Shown here piece by piece: positions 22,962 through 36,220 of a stretch of 64,000 nt of DNA; position 1 is the first letter of the stretch, and every line of letters starts with the position of its first letter. Below the pieces are notes generated by a model. It had not been told where the DNA came from and ran no database searches. It was given only the letters and a program-made list of their open reading frames with translations. This DNA comes from Hypanus sabinus (Eukaryota): positions 11,842,001 through 11,906,000 of the forward strand of contig NC_082712.1 of assembly GCF_030144855.1 (NCBI RefSeq). The letters run 5' to 3'. A program made the translations under genes and the position numbers.

Positions 22962-24149
22962 CTGAAGAGAAAGTGAGACAAGTCAATCCAGACTCAGGGA
23001 AAGGGGGAGAGACTGACTGAAATCTGTAGGTGTCGAGACATACATATAATGTATATAATGATTTACCCTGATGGAGCTATGGAAGATAACGTGTCTGTGA
23101 AGGAATAAGAAAAGGATATTACTAAGAATGTGGAGATCACAGTGACAGGAATTAAACATTAAAACAGGAAGTTTAGCCTGGAGTCAGATCATAGATTAAA
23201 AGATATAGGAGCAAACCTGTCCATTCGGCCCAACGCGTCTGCTCCCCATTCCATTATGGCTGGTTAGTTATCCCTCTCAACCACATTCTCCCGTCATCTC
23301 GCCATAAACCTTCGCAGTCATCTACGTCAATGTATTCCGCATATCCACCACCATCTGGCTAAATAAATTCCTCCATTCTAAGGGACGTCCTGGTTTCTGA
23401 GGCTGTTCCCTTTGGTTCTTGACTCCCCCGCTATATGAACACTCTCCACATCCATTCTATGCAGGCCTTTCCACATTCGATAAGTTTCAATGGGATCCCT
23501 CCCCCCCCCACCCCCATTTTTCTAAACTCCAGCGGCAACCCCGAGACGTCAGATGCTCCTCATACATTAACCCTTTCATTCCAGGAATCATTCTCCTGAA
23601 ATGCCCCTGGAGATATATAGATATATATAGTATATACTGTACTCCAGTTTTCAAACACTCCCTTATGTAAAACCATGACAAATTATTGTCTTTCTGCTCT
23701 ACCATATTCTGACTGACTTTCGGATCTTCTGCATATTACCCCACTGGGTAAAGTTCCCTTTGATTTGTAATGACCAGTGTGTGGAAATTTTTTCTTTGGC
23801 CCGTGACAACAACCTATGCGCAGTGAATAATTTTGTCAATAAAAATAGTATAACTAAGCCCGTTCTAAAATCTGGAGATAAATAATTGCAAACCCCACGT
23901 TGTCAACTCCGTCCGCCTCAGAAACTGGAAAAGGAAATGTGACCGTGTATGATCGAGGAATATACTTAACATGCCAGCAAGGGAGAGGGTGACAACCTTC
24001 TGAGCGCAGTTTAAATTCCTCTGTGTGTCAGTAGCAGAAGATGTGTGTGCGTGGACACATGCACACGAGGGGGAACATTATACCCCAGATGAACACTTGA
24101 CAATCAATCCCTCATATAACTATAGTAAGGGATCTTTACTCCATTAGAG

Positions 24150-27100
24150 TTACGGAGTCATAGAGAAGTACAGCACAGAAACAGGCCCTTTGGCCCATCT
24201 AGTGCATACTGAAACCATTTTAACTGTTAATTCCTTTCGAGTTGCACCGGGGCCATCAGCATCCATGTACCCATCTAAACTTCTCTCTGAAACATTGAAA
24301 TCGCGGTTGCATGCACCACTTGTACTGGCAGCTCATTCCACACACTCACGGCCCTCTGAGTGAAGAAGTTTCCCCTCATATACCCCTTAAACTATTCACC
24401 TTTCACCCTTAATCCTTGATCTGTGGTTGTAGCCCCACCAAACCTCAGTGGGAAAAGCCTGCTTACATTAACCCTGTCTATACCCTCAAAATGTTGTATA
24501 CCTCTATCAAGCCTCCTCTCAATCTTCTACGTTCTAAGTAATAAAGTAACCTGTTCGATGTTTCCTTATAAACCAGGTCCTCCAGACCCGACGATACCTT
24601 TGTAAATTTTCTCTGTATTCTTTCAACTTCATTTACGTCTCTCTTGTAAGTAGTTGACCAAAACTGCACACAGTATGCCTAATTAGGCTTTAGAAAATAC
24701 TTATACAACCTCAACATAACATTCCATCTCGTGTACTCAATACATTTATGTACGAAGGCCAATGTAGCAGAAGTCTTATTTACAGCCTTTATACCTGTGA
24801 CACTTTCAATGAATTATGGACCAATATTCCCAGAATCTTTTTTCAAAGGCTTTTTTTTTGCAAGCCCTGATAACTTTCCCCACTGTCCACTACAACCCTG
24901 TTCTTGGTATCATCCACAAATTTGCTGATCCAGTTAACCACAATACCATCCAGATCACTGACACAACAAAGGGCCCAGCACTGAACACTGCGGCACTCCA
25001 CTAGCTACAGACCTCCAGTCAGAGAGCGAACCATCTACTACAGCTCTCTGGCATCTGTCTCAAATCCAATTTACTACATCATCTTGGATGGACATCATCT
25101 CTACCATTTTGACCAGTCTCCCATGTGGGACTTTGTCAAAGGTTTTACTGAAGTCAATGTAGACAACATCCACTGCCTTGCCTTCTTCAAATTTTTTGGT
25201 AGCTTCCTCAAAAAACTCGACCAAATTGATTAGACATAACCTACCATGCACAAGCCCCTGCTGACTAACCTTAATCAGTCCATGTCTATCAAAATACTTA
25301 CATGTCTGGCCCCCCTAGAATACCCTCCTTTAGCTTTCCCACAACTGATGTCAGACTCACTGGACTACAATCTGCTGGTTAATATTTGGAGCCTTTTTTT
25401 TAAACAGTGGAACAACATAGGTATCCTACAATTCTCTGGTACCTTTCCTGACACTAATGATGATTTAAATATCTCTGCTAGGTCTCCGGCAATTTCTACG
25501 TTTGCATCCCTTAGGGTCCGAGGGAATACCTTGTAAGGCTCTGGGGATTTATCCACCCTGATTTGCCTCAGGATAGCAAACACCGACTCTGCAATCTGTA
25601 CAGGACCCATGAAGTTAATGTGTTTTGCTGCACTTCTATAGAATCTGTGTCCACATCTCAAGTAAATGCCGATGCAAAAAATAATTAAAATCTCCACCAT
25701 TTGTTTTTGCTCCACAGACTGATTAGCAATCTGGCCCTCCAGAGGATATTTTGTACATTGTAATCCTTTTGCTTTTAATATATTGCTGAAACCCCTAGGA
25801 TTTTGCTTCTCTGTTCCTGCTAGAGTAACGTCATGCCTTCTTTTAGCCTCCCTGATTACTTGCTTATGTGTCTCTTGCATTACTTCTACTCCATAAACTT
25901 CTCATTGTTCCTTCCTTGTCATACGGGGGGGCTTTGGGAATGGACCCAAATGCAGGACACAGACACTGAAGTACTAGGAACAGGATGGGACAAAATTAAA
26001 GGACAGGACAGGGCGCAGACTAGGCTAGGGAAGCAGGACCAGGACGAGGGACTGGGAACAAAGAGCCTGGGCATAGACTCCAAGCCTGAGACTGGACAAG
26101 GACCCAGAACCTGGGTCTTGACTTGGGCTTGGACCACAAACCAGGTGAAGACGTAAGGAGGCCTGGGATCTTGGAGCTTGAGGCTGTGGTCTTGAAGGCA
26201 GACTAGGAACCGTACATCAACATAAAGCCAGGGCTTATCCATCGACAAGCCGGGACTCCTCTTTAACAAGACACGATCATGAGATTGGACAGTACATAGA
26301 CACAGAGCCGGGACTTGACCTTCGACAAGCCAGGACTCAACTTTCACTCCACACCAAGGTGGGACAGGTCCACCCATCAGATAACGGCAGAACTGCCGGA
26401 CTTACCCGACGGAGGCAAGGACAAGGCAAGACTGATTCCCCCTGCAGGGCAACAGCAGAACAGCCTGACTTAACCCACAGAGGAGAGGACAAGACAGGAC
26501 AGGTCATCCGGCAGGGCAACGGCAGAATGGCCTGACTTTCCCCACAGAGGAGAGAACAAGACAGATCATCCCACAGGGTAATGGCAGAACAGCCTGACTG
26601 ACCCCACAGGGTGAAGACAGGAAGAGACAAACATCGAAGAATGACAGACAGTTCCATCTCTGCATCAGGGATGCTCCAAGTCTCAGTTACGGCCATCAAC
26701 CTCGGCTGGCTACAGAAACAACCGGATCCCCACCTAGCTCGGAGAGGCTGACGGCCACCCAACTAGCCCGGGAAACAGCTGAATCCAAACCACAATGACA
26801 GCTCCAACTACTGACAGCAAGACTCCAAGAAGCCATGGTTCTCCAACGCGGCCTAAAGCTGGCAAGTAGCTGTTCTAGCATTCCACCAGCCATTTGCTCC
26901 CAGGGAATCTTGACAAGACAACCCCCCAACCACACTCAATCCCAGGGCCACTGAAATACCCATCCCCAAGATGAGCATCAGGTGCTGATGGTTAAGTCCA
27001 ACCAAAACAAAGGATAGCCGGAGGACCCGGAGTCCGGAGTCTGCGGACCGGACCGTGAACTGGTATGTGGACTTCGGACCGGACCGTGACATTCCTGCCT

Positions 27101-28620
27101 TTACCTGCTATGCACCTTCTTTCTTTCTCTTAACCCGGGTCTCATTATCCCTTCAAAACCAAGATTCTATACATGTGTTCTCTTTACCTTTTATTCTGAC
27201 TGATACATTCAGGCTTTGTGCTCTCAAAAGTTCGCTTTTGAGCCCTCCTTCCACCTCTCACTTACCACATGCACATTTCCTAAAAAATACCCTGTCCCAA
27301 TCCAGACTTGCCAGATAATTTCTGATCCAATCAAAATTGGGCTTACTCTAATTTAGAATCTCAATCCGCAAACTAGACCCATCTTTATGCATATATACTT
27401 TGAAACAAGCTAATGGCTTTAAGGTCGCTAAATGCAGTGTTCCCCTACAGAAACTTCTGTCACCTGCCCTATCTCATTCCCTAACAGCAGATCCTATCAC
27501 ATGCTCTCATTGGGACTTCCACCTACTGATGAAGGTAACTTACTTGAACACAAACTTTATCCCATCTAGTCCTTTTATCGCATGGGATCCCCAGTCAATA
27601 AGTGGAAAGGCAAAATCACCTCCAATACCAACCTTATGTTTATTGCAACAGTCTGCGATCTCTTTACATCTAAATCCCACAGACTGTCAGATGGTCTGTA
27701 ATATCGCCCCATTAACGTGGTCATACTTTCTTATCTCTCAGTTCCACCCATAGCGCCTCTCCAGACGAGTTCACCAGTCTATCCTGACGTCCCACTGCCG
27801 CGACACTTGCTCTGACTAGTAACTCCACGCTTCCTCCTTTAACCCTTCCTGCTCTGTTACATCTAAAACAACAAAAAACAACAAAACCCCTGAATATTCG
27901 GGTGCCAGTTCTGCTCCTCCTGCAACGAAGTTTCTCTCGTGGCTACAATGTCATAATTCCAGGATCTGATCCATAGCCTGAACTCATCCACCTATATTAT
28001 GATACTTCTTGCATTGAAATATACGCCGCTCAGGACATAGTCACACCATGCTGAACTTTTTGATTCCCGACTTTGAGGTTTTTCATCATCTGTTTCCACA
28101 ACCTCTCCACTAATTGTTCTGGCAGACTATTTTCCATTCTACTGCAACTCTAGTTTAAACACCACTGTGCACCATTAACAATCCTTCCGGCTAGGATGTT
28201 AGTTCCACACCAGTTTAGGTGCTAACCCTCCCTTCTATACCAGTCCACTTTCCTTCCAAGAGATCCCAGTGATCCAAAAATATTTTGCCTTCAATCCTAC
28301 ATCAACTCCTTACCTACGGGTTAAACTGTATAATCATCTAGTTCTGGTGTCACTAGCCCGTGACACGAATACCAATCCTAGGATCACAACCTTGGAGGTC
28401 CTGCCCTTTAACTTAGCAGTTATACTGAAGGACACCCTGCCTTCCCACATTAGAGAAGAGGACCATTCAACTGCCCTGCCTGGAATCACTACTGCCCCAG
28501 CTGAGCCAATGTAAAGAAGGGGTGAGGGAAACATTTCTTTTTCACTTTTTCTGACCGAGGCCTCAAAGAGGTAAAGCCTCAGGATCACCACTCTGACTCT
28601 GTCCACTCCGACGATCGCTG
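24150..28620 (-). mobile_element. Old degenerate CR1 LINE split by a solo LTR
   Basis: QFWS..ERIQRKFT, CLINLVEFFEE..DVVYIDFSKTFDKVPH, and ORF1-like RVVILRL/TSKVVILGL segments near 28300-28600. Confidence 0.75.
25917..27091 (-). mobile_element. Solo LTR (1175 bp), Gypsy-like
   Basis: TGTCA..TGACA termini, 5-bp TSD TTCCT (25912-25916 and 27092-27096), internal tandem repeats, and a tgcatttgggtcc U5-like end shared with the LTR end at ~42425-42468. Confidence 0.85.
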
Positions 28621-28934
28621 CTGTGCTTGCCCCTGACTTCCTTTAATTTGCTTTTCCTAATTAATTATTTGGTCACAGCTGCAAATAAACTAGCGCGGTT
28701 GTAGTCTTTTCTAACCGTTAGTGAGCCTGAGTGAAATTCCCTCTTTTCAAGCTGCTGATCTCACGAACGGTCACTGTTCAAAGATGCAAAAAATACTGTC
28801 GCGTGTTGCCACTCAAAATCCTGAATACCAACAAACGTCGTTAAGTGAAGGCAGCTCTGACGGAATTCTTTGCTCGTCCTCAGGGCTGAGGGGTTTATGG
28901 ATGGTGGTAATTAGTGTCAAGTCTGGCTGGGGTC

Positions 28935-29678
28935 TGTTACGAATTCCCGTAACTGGATCACTGACCAGCAAAGATAGAGAGGTCCGTTGAAATCTATTTT
29001 TAAAAGTATTTATTGATAAAGGGCACAAAAATAAGATTAATGCAAACATACAGATAATATACATCGTCAATACTAAATCTAAGCGCGGGTATAATAATAA
29101 CCAATAAGTAATAACTCTATTGTTGTCTAGGGGTTAATATATTGTCCGGTGGAAAGGTTACAGTCACTATCAGTTCGTTCAAGCTGCAGCGTTGTTGGGT
29201 TTAAAAGTGATGCGGTATAAACTTGCTCCAGGCCTTTTATCCGTTTAGTCAGGGGAGCGGGCTTCCCCGTTGTTAGCTGAAAGCTGTTTTCCGTGGTTCC
29301 AGCCACGGAATCGAACGCACGTGGCTTCCTTCAGATGACTTCCTGCTGTTACGTGGTCGCTTAACGTTTCTTCTGGTGCGTCTGAAGGGGTTGTTCCCCA
29401 GACCCTCTTTTATACTTCCTCACGGGGTCTCCGATGTCAATCAGGTTGGGGGTGTGCACTCCCTCCCTCAACCAGCCCACTATGCCTGAGGGCGTTCACG
29501 TCGTATAGTAGCTCAATCCACAAATTGGTCACCAAGAGACAATGACCATGTCCCGTAGCTTTACATCGCCGGGGAAACGAGCCAGCCTGCACGTCTCTTT
29601 TCCCCTTTCCTGGGTCCCTTTACCCAACCCAACAGTGATCTTGCGATTCTCACAAAGGAGGGGGCTACGGACGTAACA
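28935..29678 (-). repeat. 3' LTR of the Gmr1-like element (744 bp)
   Basis: Near-identical to 34598-35359 apart from scattered substitutions and two 9-bp indels. Confidence 0.95.
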
Positions 29679-29805
29679 CCCCCTTTCTTCAGTGCATTTT
29701 TTACCATCGGAAAAAAACGAATTAATACAGAGTCTTACAGTGTGTTAGAATCTAACACAACACCAAAGTTTTTTTTCTACAGAGTAATGCAGTTATACAC
29801 TCAAT

Positions 29806-32800
29806 TCAGCATCTAGATAAACAATCCGCGAGCACATTATTACTTCCTTTAATATGCTGTATCTTAATATCGAACTCTTGCAGCATCAGACTCCAACTCA
29901 ATAACCTCCTGTTTTTATTTTTCATATTGGCCAGGAATACCAATGGGTTGTGATCGGTATAGACAACTACGGGTTTTTGCGCTGGACAAATGTACACTTC
30001 AAAATATTGTATCGCCAAAACAAGGGCCAACTATTCTTTTTCCACGGTAGAGTAATTCTTCTGGTGTATATTGAGCTTCCGAGAGAAATATGCTACCGGG
30101 TGCTCCACTCCATCCCCTGCTTGCTGTAAGAGGACTGCTCCGGCAGCCTCATCACTCGCGTCCGTCGCCAGGGAGAAGGGTGCTAACAAATCGGGTGCTT
30201 TTAAAAAAAGGGTTAATGGCACAATATGGCTTTTAACTTTTCAAAAGCATTCTCATAAGAACGGCCCCACTCAAATTTGTCCTCCTTCCGTAGGAGTTTT
30301 GTAAGTGGGAGAGCAATATCCGCGAAAGTTTTATAGAATTTCCGATAGTATCCACCAAGCCCAAAAACCTCCTCAGGGCCCTTTTATTGGAGGGTACAGG
30401 GACCTCAGAAATAGCCTGTACCTTCGCCCGCACAGGAGCCAACTGCCCCTCTCCCACCACATACCCCAAGTATGTGATCATGGCATGACCAAATTCACTC
30501 TTTGCGAGGTTTACCGTAAGTTGGGCTGCCGACATTCTTTTAAACAGATTTTCTACCGCCTCCAGGTGCCCCCCCCCCCCAGGTGTCACTCCAAACTACC
30601 ACATCGTCAAGATAAGCCTTGGTGTGGCTTAGCCCCTTTATCACAGTGTCTATCATCCGCTGAAATGTCCCTGGTGCATTTTTCATCCCAAACGGCATAA
30701 TGTTGTACTCGTACAACCCGGATGGGGTGACAAAGGCTGAAATCTCTCGAGTCCTGTCCGTTAAAGGAACGCACGAGTACCCCTTTAACAAGTCAATTTT
30801 AGTGATGTACCTCGCCTTCCCCAGTTTATCAATGCAATCATCCACCCTGGGGATAGGGTAAGCGTCTGTCTGGGTGACAGCTTTTACCTTTCGGTAATCG
30901 GTACAGAATCTTATGGTACCGTCCGGATTTGGGACAACCACGCAAGGAGAAGGCCACGCAGAAGAGGATTCGCGGATTATCCCAGCAGCTAGCATATGTT
31001 CAATCTCCTTTCCTACTAGCTGGCTCTTTTCGGAATTCATCCGATAAGGGGCCTGTTTTATAGGCGGTGTCGAGGTAACTATCACATCATGTTTCGTCCC
31101 ACTACACCTTCTTGGGACGTCTGGACATAAGTCTTTATGCCGGTTAATGAGCTGTGTTACCTGCTCCCGCTGTTCAAGCTTTAAGTGGCTAACTTTATCC
31201 GCAAGGCTTTCTAATATAACCGAGTTCTCCAGTCTGGTGGGTACTATACGTACCTTTTCAAACCGCTCTGGTTCGTCCTTACCCCTCCCCTCTACCTCAT
31301 CGGTTTTCATAACCGCACCGACCACCGCGGGGGTGGTTTCATGGTACCCTTTCATCATGTTCACGTGAACTAACTGGGTCGGCTTTCGCCGATCGGGGGT
31401 ATCAATCACGTAATTCAGCGAGTCTATTTTCTTATACACTGTATATGGTCCTTGAAACCTCGCCTGAAGGGGGTGGGTAACTACCGGAAATAGGACCAAA
31501 ACCTTGTCGCCCACGTGAAACTCTTGCTCTCTCGTTCCTTGGTTATACCACTTTCTCATTTTTTTTTCCTGGGAGTCTTTAATGTTTTCTCTTGCTAAGG
31601 CGCATACTTTATGCAGCCTTTCCCGGAATTTCAGAACATAGTCGATCACACTGACTTGAACGGTCGGGCTGGACCACTTTTCTCTCAGGAGGGTTAGAGG
31701 GCCCCTGGGCCGGTGACCGAAAACAAGCTCAAACGGACTGAACCCCAGAGAACCCTGAACTGTATCCCTTACGGCAAATAACAGAAGGGGTAAAGCATCA
31801 TCCCAGTCCCGAACGTTTTCCTGACAAAAAGTTTTAATCATGGTCTTTAGTGTAGCGTGGAATCTTTCCAACGCTCCTTGGGATTCCGGATGGTATGCAG
31901 AGGCTAAAATTTGTTTGACCCCCAGCTGGGTCATCATCTGCCGAAATGCTCTGGACGTGAATGTACTCCCCTGATCCGACTGTATCTCCTTAGGCAGCCC
32001 CACAGTGGTAAAGAATTTAATGAGAGCCTTCACCACCACGGAAGTCCTAATATTACCCAGAGGCACAGCCTCTGGAAATCGCGTAGCGGCACACATCAGG
32101 GTTATGATATACTGCCGCCCACTCGCAGTTTTAGGTAAAGGACCCACAAAATCCACAATGACTCGGGAGAAAGGCTCCTCACACGCGGGGATGGGTCGGA
32201 GGGGTGCCTTAGGGATAACTTGGTTCGGCTTACCCACCACCTGACATGTATGACACCTTTTACAATACTTAGTAATATATTTTCTCAGATTTGGCCAATA
32301 GAACTCTCTGATAACCCGATCCACTGTCTTCGTTATTCCCAAAAGCCCACCCAAGGGTCCCTTATGAGCTAAGTTCAAAATTTCGTCCCGATACACTTTC
32401 GGGACTACTACCTGATGTACCACCGCCCAGTCCTCATCGACCGGCACCGCTGGGGGCCTCCATTTTCTCATCAACACACCCTCTTTCAGGTAGTAACCCT
32501 TGGGCTCTGTCTCAATCTCAGAAAGAACTGACTCTCTCAATGCTACCAGCTCCTCGTCACCTTCCTGTTCCCGTACAAACTCTCTTCTTGCCAAGGGTAG
32601 GTCTACCTCCCCCCGTTTTTTCTCTCTCTTTCCTCCCTACTCTCCGGTTTGCCTTCCTCTGACCCTCGTTGGTACAGAGTCGGCAAAAACGTCTCGGCCA
32701 AATCGACACTGGCCGGACTTAAACTGCTCTCTGTCTCGGCTGCCTTTTTCGCCATGCTGCGAGTGACCGCGCATGCGGGATAGATCTTGGAATCTGGGGG

Positions 32801-33109
32801 CGGGGCCTCAACCCTCACAGGCTTGTTTGTCAGCTTCAAGGCTGCACCCACCTTTCCACCCGCCAAGTCGTTACCAAGAAGGACGTCCACGCCTTCCCCC
32901 GGCAACTCCGGCAGTACCCCCAATTCCACTGGCCCAGACACCAGCTCACAATTCAGAATGACCCTATGCAATGGCACCACGTCGCTCCATTTTCCTATGC
33001 CTCTCAGGGCTACCTCTCCCGCCTGAGGACCAAAATCTAGCACCTTACTGCTAATCAATGACAGCTCAGCCCCCGTGTCTCTCCAGATCCGTACTGGAAC
33101 TGGGGTGCC
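29806..33109 (-). pseudogene. Gmr1-like pol: protease, integrase, RT, RNase H (frameshifted)
   Basis: RDTGA protease site just after the TGA at 33110; H..H..C..C zinc finger, VIVDFVG/SDQG/ERFH DDE core and GPY motif; then FCTDYR..YPIP..MPFG..YLDD RT; then LATDAS..VAYFS..TDHNPL RNase H. Frameshifts near 32600, in the C-run at ~30570, and near 30350 and 30030. Confidence 0.92.
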
Positions 33110-34077
33110 TCACTCTTTCACAGACACTGTTCCTTTTGAACTAAACGTCTCACGCCCCTCCTGTACCCCCTCTACCGGGGGCCCTCTCGTCGATTTGCTG
33201 ATCGACGCAATACAGCCTATAGGTATGGCTGCTTTCCCTTTTCTTGGCTCCTTCCTCGGAGCGGGGCATCTAGATGCAATGTGACCCACCTTTCCACAAT
33301 TAAAACAGGTCAAGCCAGGAAACCTCCTGGCTTCTGGCCTGTCCTCCTCAATTTTACCGCTAGCTCCCAGATGAGTTTCTCCCTTAGCCGGCGGGCTTTC
33401 CCTACCGTTCCCACGGGCTCTCGGGTAACTTTTAGTCGAGGAAAACTTTGTCTTGTGGGTTAGGGCATATTCATCTGTGAACCTAGCGAATTCTGAGATG
33501 GACTTATTCGGCTTCTCATTCAAATACGTCCGGATATCCTCCGAAACACAACCTTTAAATTCCTCAATCAGAATTAACTCCCTGAGACGCCCATAATCCT
33601 CTTCCACTCTCTCAGCGGTGCACCACCGGTCCAAGAGCACATCCTTCTCATAGGCAAACTCGGTATACGACTGATTCCACCCTTTCCTTAAATTTCTAAA
33701 CTTTTGTCTAAACGCCTCAGCTACTAGCTCATAACTCCGGAGAATGGCCGCCTTTACTTTGTCATTACTCTCCTCCTCCATGGCCAACGCCGTATCTGCC
33801 CGCTGTGCCTTCCCCTTTAACACACTTTGTAACAACGCCACCCACTGACCTCTGGGCCACTTCTGATTCACGGCCACCTTTTCAAAAAGCAAGAAATAAC
33901 TATCCACATCCATCTCCTCGAACGGAGGTACTAGCCTCGACTCTTGACTAACATTGAACCGCTCCTCTCGGTCTGACCCCGGAACTCGTGGCTCCTGCTG
34001 TAACTTCTCCATCTCCAAGTCATGTTTCTTCTGTTTCTCTTTTTCACCTGCTTCCAGCTGTATTAACCTCATTTCGT

Positions 34078-34153
<76 letters not shown>

Positions 34154-34481
34154 CCCTTTCCCTCTCTTGCTCTCCCTCTTTCACTCTCTCAGCTGCCTCC
34201 AGCTGCTTTAACTTAATTGCATGTTCCAACTTTAATTTCTCCAACTCTAACTGAGCCGTCCCACTAGCGGGTGCCTCTTCAGGGATATTTTCCAATACCT
34301 CAGCTACAAACACATTCTTCCCAATATAACACTGAGTTACTGCCCTTCGCACCTCCCGCTTTTTCATGGACAACCTCATCCCTACGAGGTTTAACTCCTT
34401 CGCCAATTTTATCAAGTCCGATTTGGAGGCCACCTCCAGCGCCTCCAGAGTCGGGTTTTCTATAAGTTCACCCACGTCCAT
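33110..34481 (-). pseudogene. Gmr1-like gag (capsid/SCAN-related region plus CCHC knuckle), split by a microsatellite frameshift
   Basis: PPFEE.DVDSYF..FEKVA..W..LL...L.GKA capsid motif and CFNCGKVGHIASRC knuckle; the N-terminal ORF 34044-34481 is out of frame by 1 nt. Confidence 0.9.
34081..34151. repeat. (CT)35 microsatellite inside gag, encoding poly-(Glu-Arg)
   Basis: 71 nt of perfect CT repeat read directly. Confidence 0.97.
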
Positions 34482-34597
34482 CTTTGCTGGTTTCCCGTCT
34501 GGCTACCCGCGTAACCAGATCCAAGTTTTGGACTTACAATCCCGATTCACTGGCCTCCCAATTTGGTGTCAAATCTCGAGACGAGAACCCCAACTTT

Positions 34598-35359
34598 TGT
34601 TACGAATTCCCGTAACTGGTTCACTTATCAGCAAAGATAGAGAGGTCCGTTGAAGTCTGCTGGTACTATTTTTAAAAGTACTTATTGATAAAGGGCACAA
34701 AAATAAGATTAATGCAAACATACAGATAATATACATCGTCAATACTAAATCTAAGCGCGGGTATAATAATAGCCAATAAGTAATAGCTCTATTGTTGTCT
34801 AGGGGTTAATGTATTGTCCGATGGAAAGGTAACAGTCACTATCAGTTCGTTCAAGCTGCAGCGTTATTGGGTTTAAAAGTGATGCGGTTTAAACTTGCCC
34901 CAGGTCTTTTAAGATGCCAATCCGTTGAGTCAGGGGAGCGGGCTTCCCCGTTGTTAGCTGAAAGCTGTTTTCCGTGGTTCCAGCCACGGAATCGAACGCA
35001 CGTGGCTTCCTTCAGATGACTTCCTGCTGTTACGTGGTCGCTTAACGTTTCTTCTGGTGCGTCTGAAGGGGTTGTTCCCCAGACCCTCTTTTATACTTCC
35101 TCACGGGGTCTCCGATGTCAATCAGGTTGGGGGTGTGCACTCCCTCCCTCAACCAGCCCACTATGCCTGAGGGCGTTCACATCGTATAGTAGCTCAATCC
35201 ACAAATTGGTCACCAAGAGACAATGACCATGTCCCGTAGCTTTACATCGCCGGGGAAACGAGCCAGCCTGCACGTCTCTTTTCCCCTTTCCTGGGTCCCT
35301 TTACCCAACCCAACAGTGATCTTGTGATTCTCACAAAGGAGGGGGCTACAGGCGTAACA
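34598..35359 (-). repeat. 5' LTR of the Gmr1-like element (762 bp)
   Basis: TGTTACG start at 34598, CGTAACA end at 35359, followed by the GGTC TSD. Confidence 0.95.
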
Positions 35360-35659
35360 GGTCACATTGATATACCCTGAAGACCAAAGAGATTTTGGCA
35401 CGTTGGTCCTCATAAATCAAAGTATTGAGTACAAGAATTCGCATGTTATGTTCAAGTTGTATCAGATGTAAGTGTATTTGTGCATTTCTGGTCACCATCC
35501 TGCAGCCAAGATATCAATAAGTTTGAAAGATTGCCCAAAAATGTGTTGGTCTTGGGGACCCGAGCGACAGGGAAAAGTTAAGTACGTTAGGACCTTATTC
35601 TCTGAAGTGCAGGAGAATAAGAGGACATTTGATAGAGCGATACAAAGCTATGAGAGGAA

Positions 35660-36220
35660 TAGAACAGGTCCATCCATCCGCCAAAAGCAGAACCTCCAAG
35701 TGACACAACATTTGAAATCTGATTTCCAACCTGTTCTGACATCTCAGTCTATGGCCTCTTTTTCTGTCACAATGAAGCCACCCTCAAGATGAGGAGCAAC
35801 ACATTATATTCCATCTGGGAAGTCTCCAACCTAAAGGCATGAATATTGATTTCTCCTTCTGGTACAAAAATTCCCCCCACCCCTGTTCTATTCCCCAGTC
35901 GGAACTCTTACTTCTTCTCAACTTATCTATCACCTACCCCTGGTGCCCTTTCTCCTTCCCTGTCTCTTATGGTTCACTCTCCTCTCCTGTCAGGTATCTT
36001 CCTCTCCTGCCCTTTGTCTTTCCCACCCACCTCGCTTCACCTATTACTTTCCAGCTATCCTTCTTCCCCTCAATCCACATGTTCATTCTGGAGCCTTCCG
36101 CCTTCCATTCCCGTCCCGAAATGCCGACGGTTTGTTCATTGTCACGGACGATGCCTGTCCTGCTGTGTTCCTCCTGCATTTTGTGCATGCTGCTTTTGAT
36201 TTGCAGGATCTGTGAAATTC
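35660..36220 (+). mobile_element. Penelope-like 3' fragment
   Basis: gatgaggagcaacacattatattccatctgggaagtctccaacctaaaggcatgaatattgat, a pyrimidine-rich tail and a decayed ccgaaatgccgac terminal motif. Confidence 0.7.

Larger units (their letters stand above)
20960..23420. repeat. Segmental duplicate block A (paralog of ~44250-47300)
   Basis: Collinear unique sequence and shared insertions, e.g. tggaaaac(t/c)ggtcttctcag, tatgaatggcagagtgaa, cagtttaaactggatt and ttttcagtccgagtggg occur in both blocks. Confidence 0.9.
28935..35359 (-). mobile_element. Near full-length Gmr1-type Ty3/Gypsy LTR retrotransposon (disabled)
   Basis: LTRs 28935-29678 and 34598-35359 with TGTTACG..CGTAACA ends, 4-bp TSD GGTC, PPT 29679-29690 and degenerate tRNA-Pro-like PBS 34573-34592. 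Domain order gag-PR-IN-RT-RH. Confidence 0.95.

Noticed and set aside
23067-23094. 28-nt stalk microexon (DTLSSIAPSG-like) upstream of the TM pseudo-exon
   Set aside because: Its length breaks phase 1-1 symmetry, and both splice sites are missing in the paralogous intact block.
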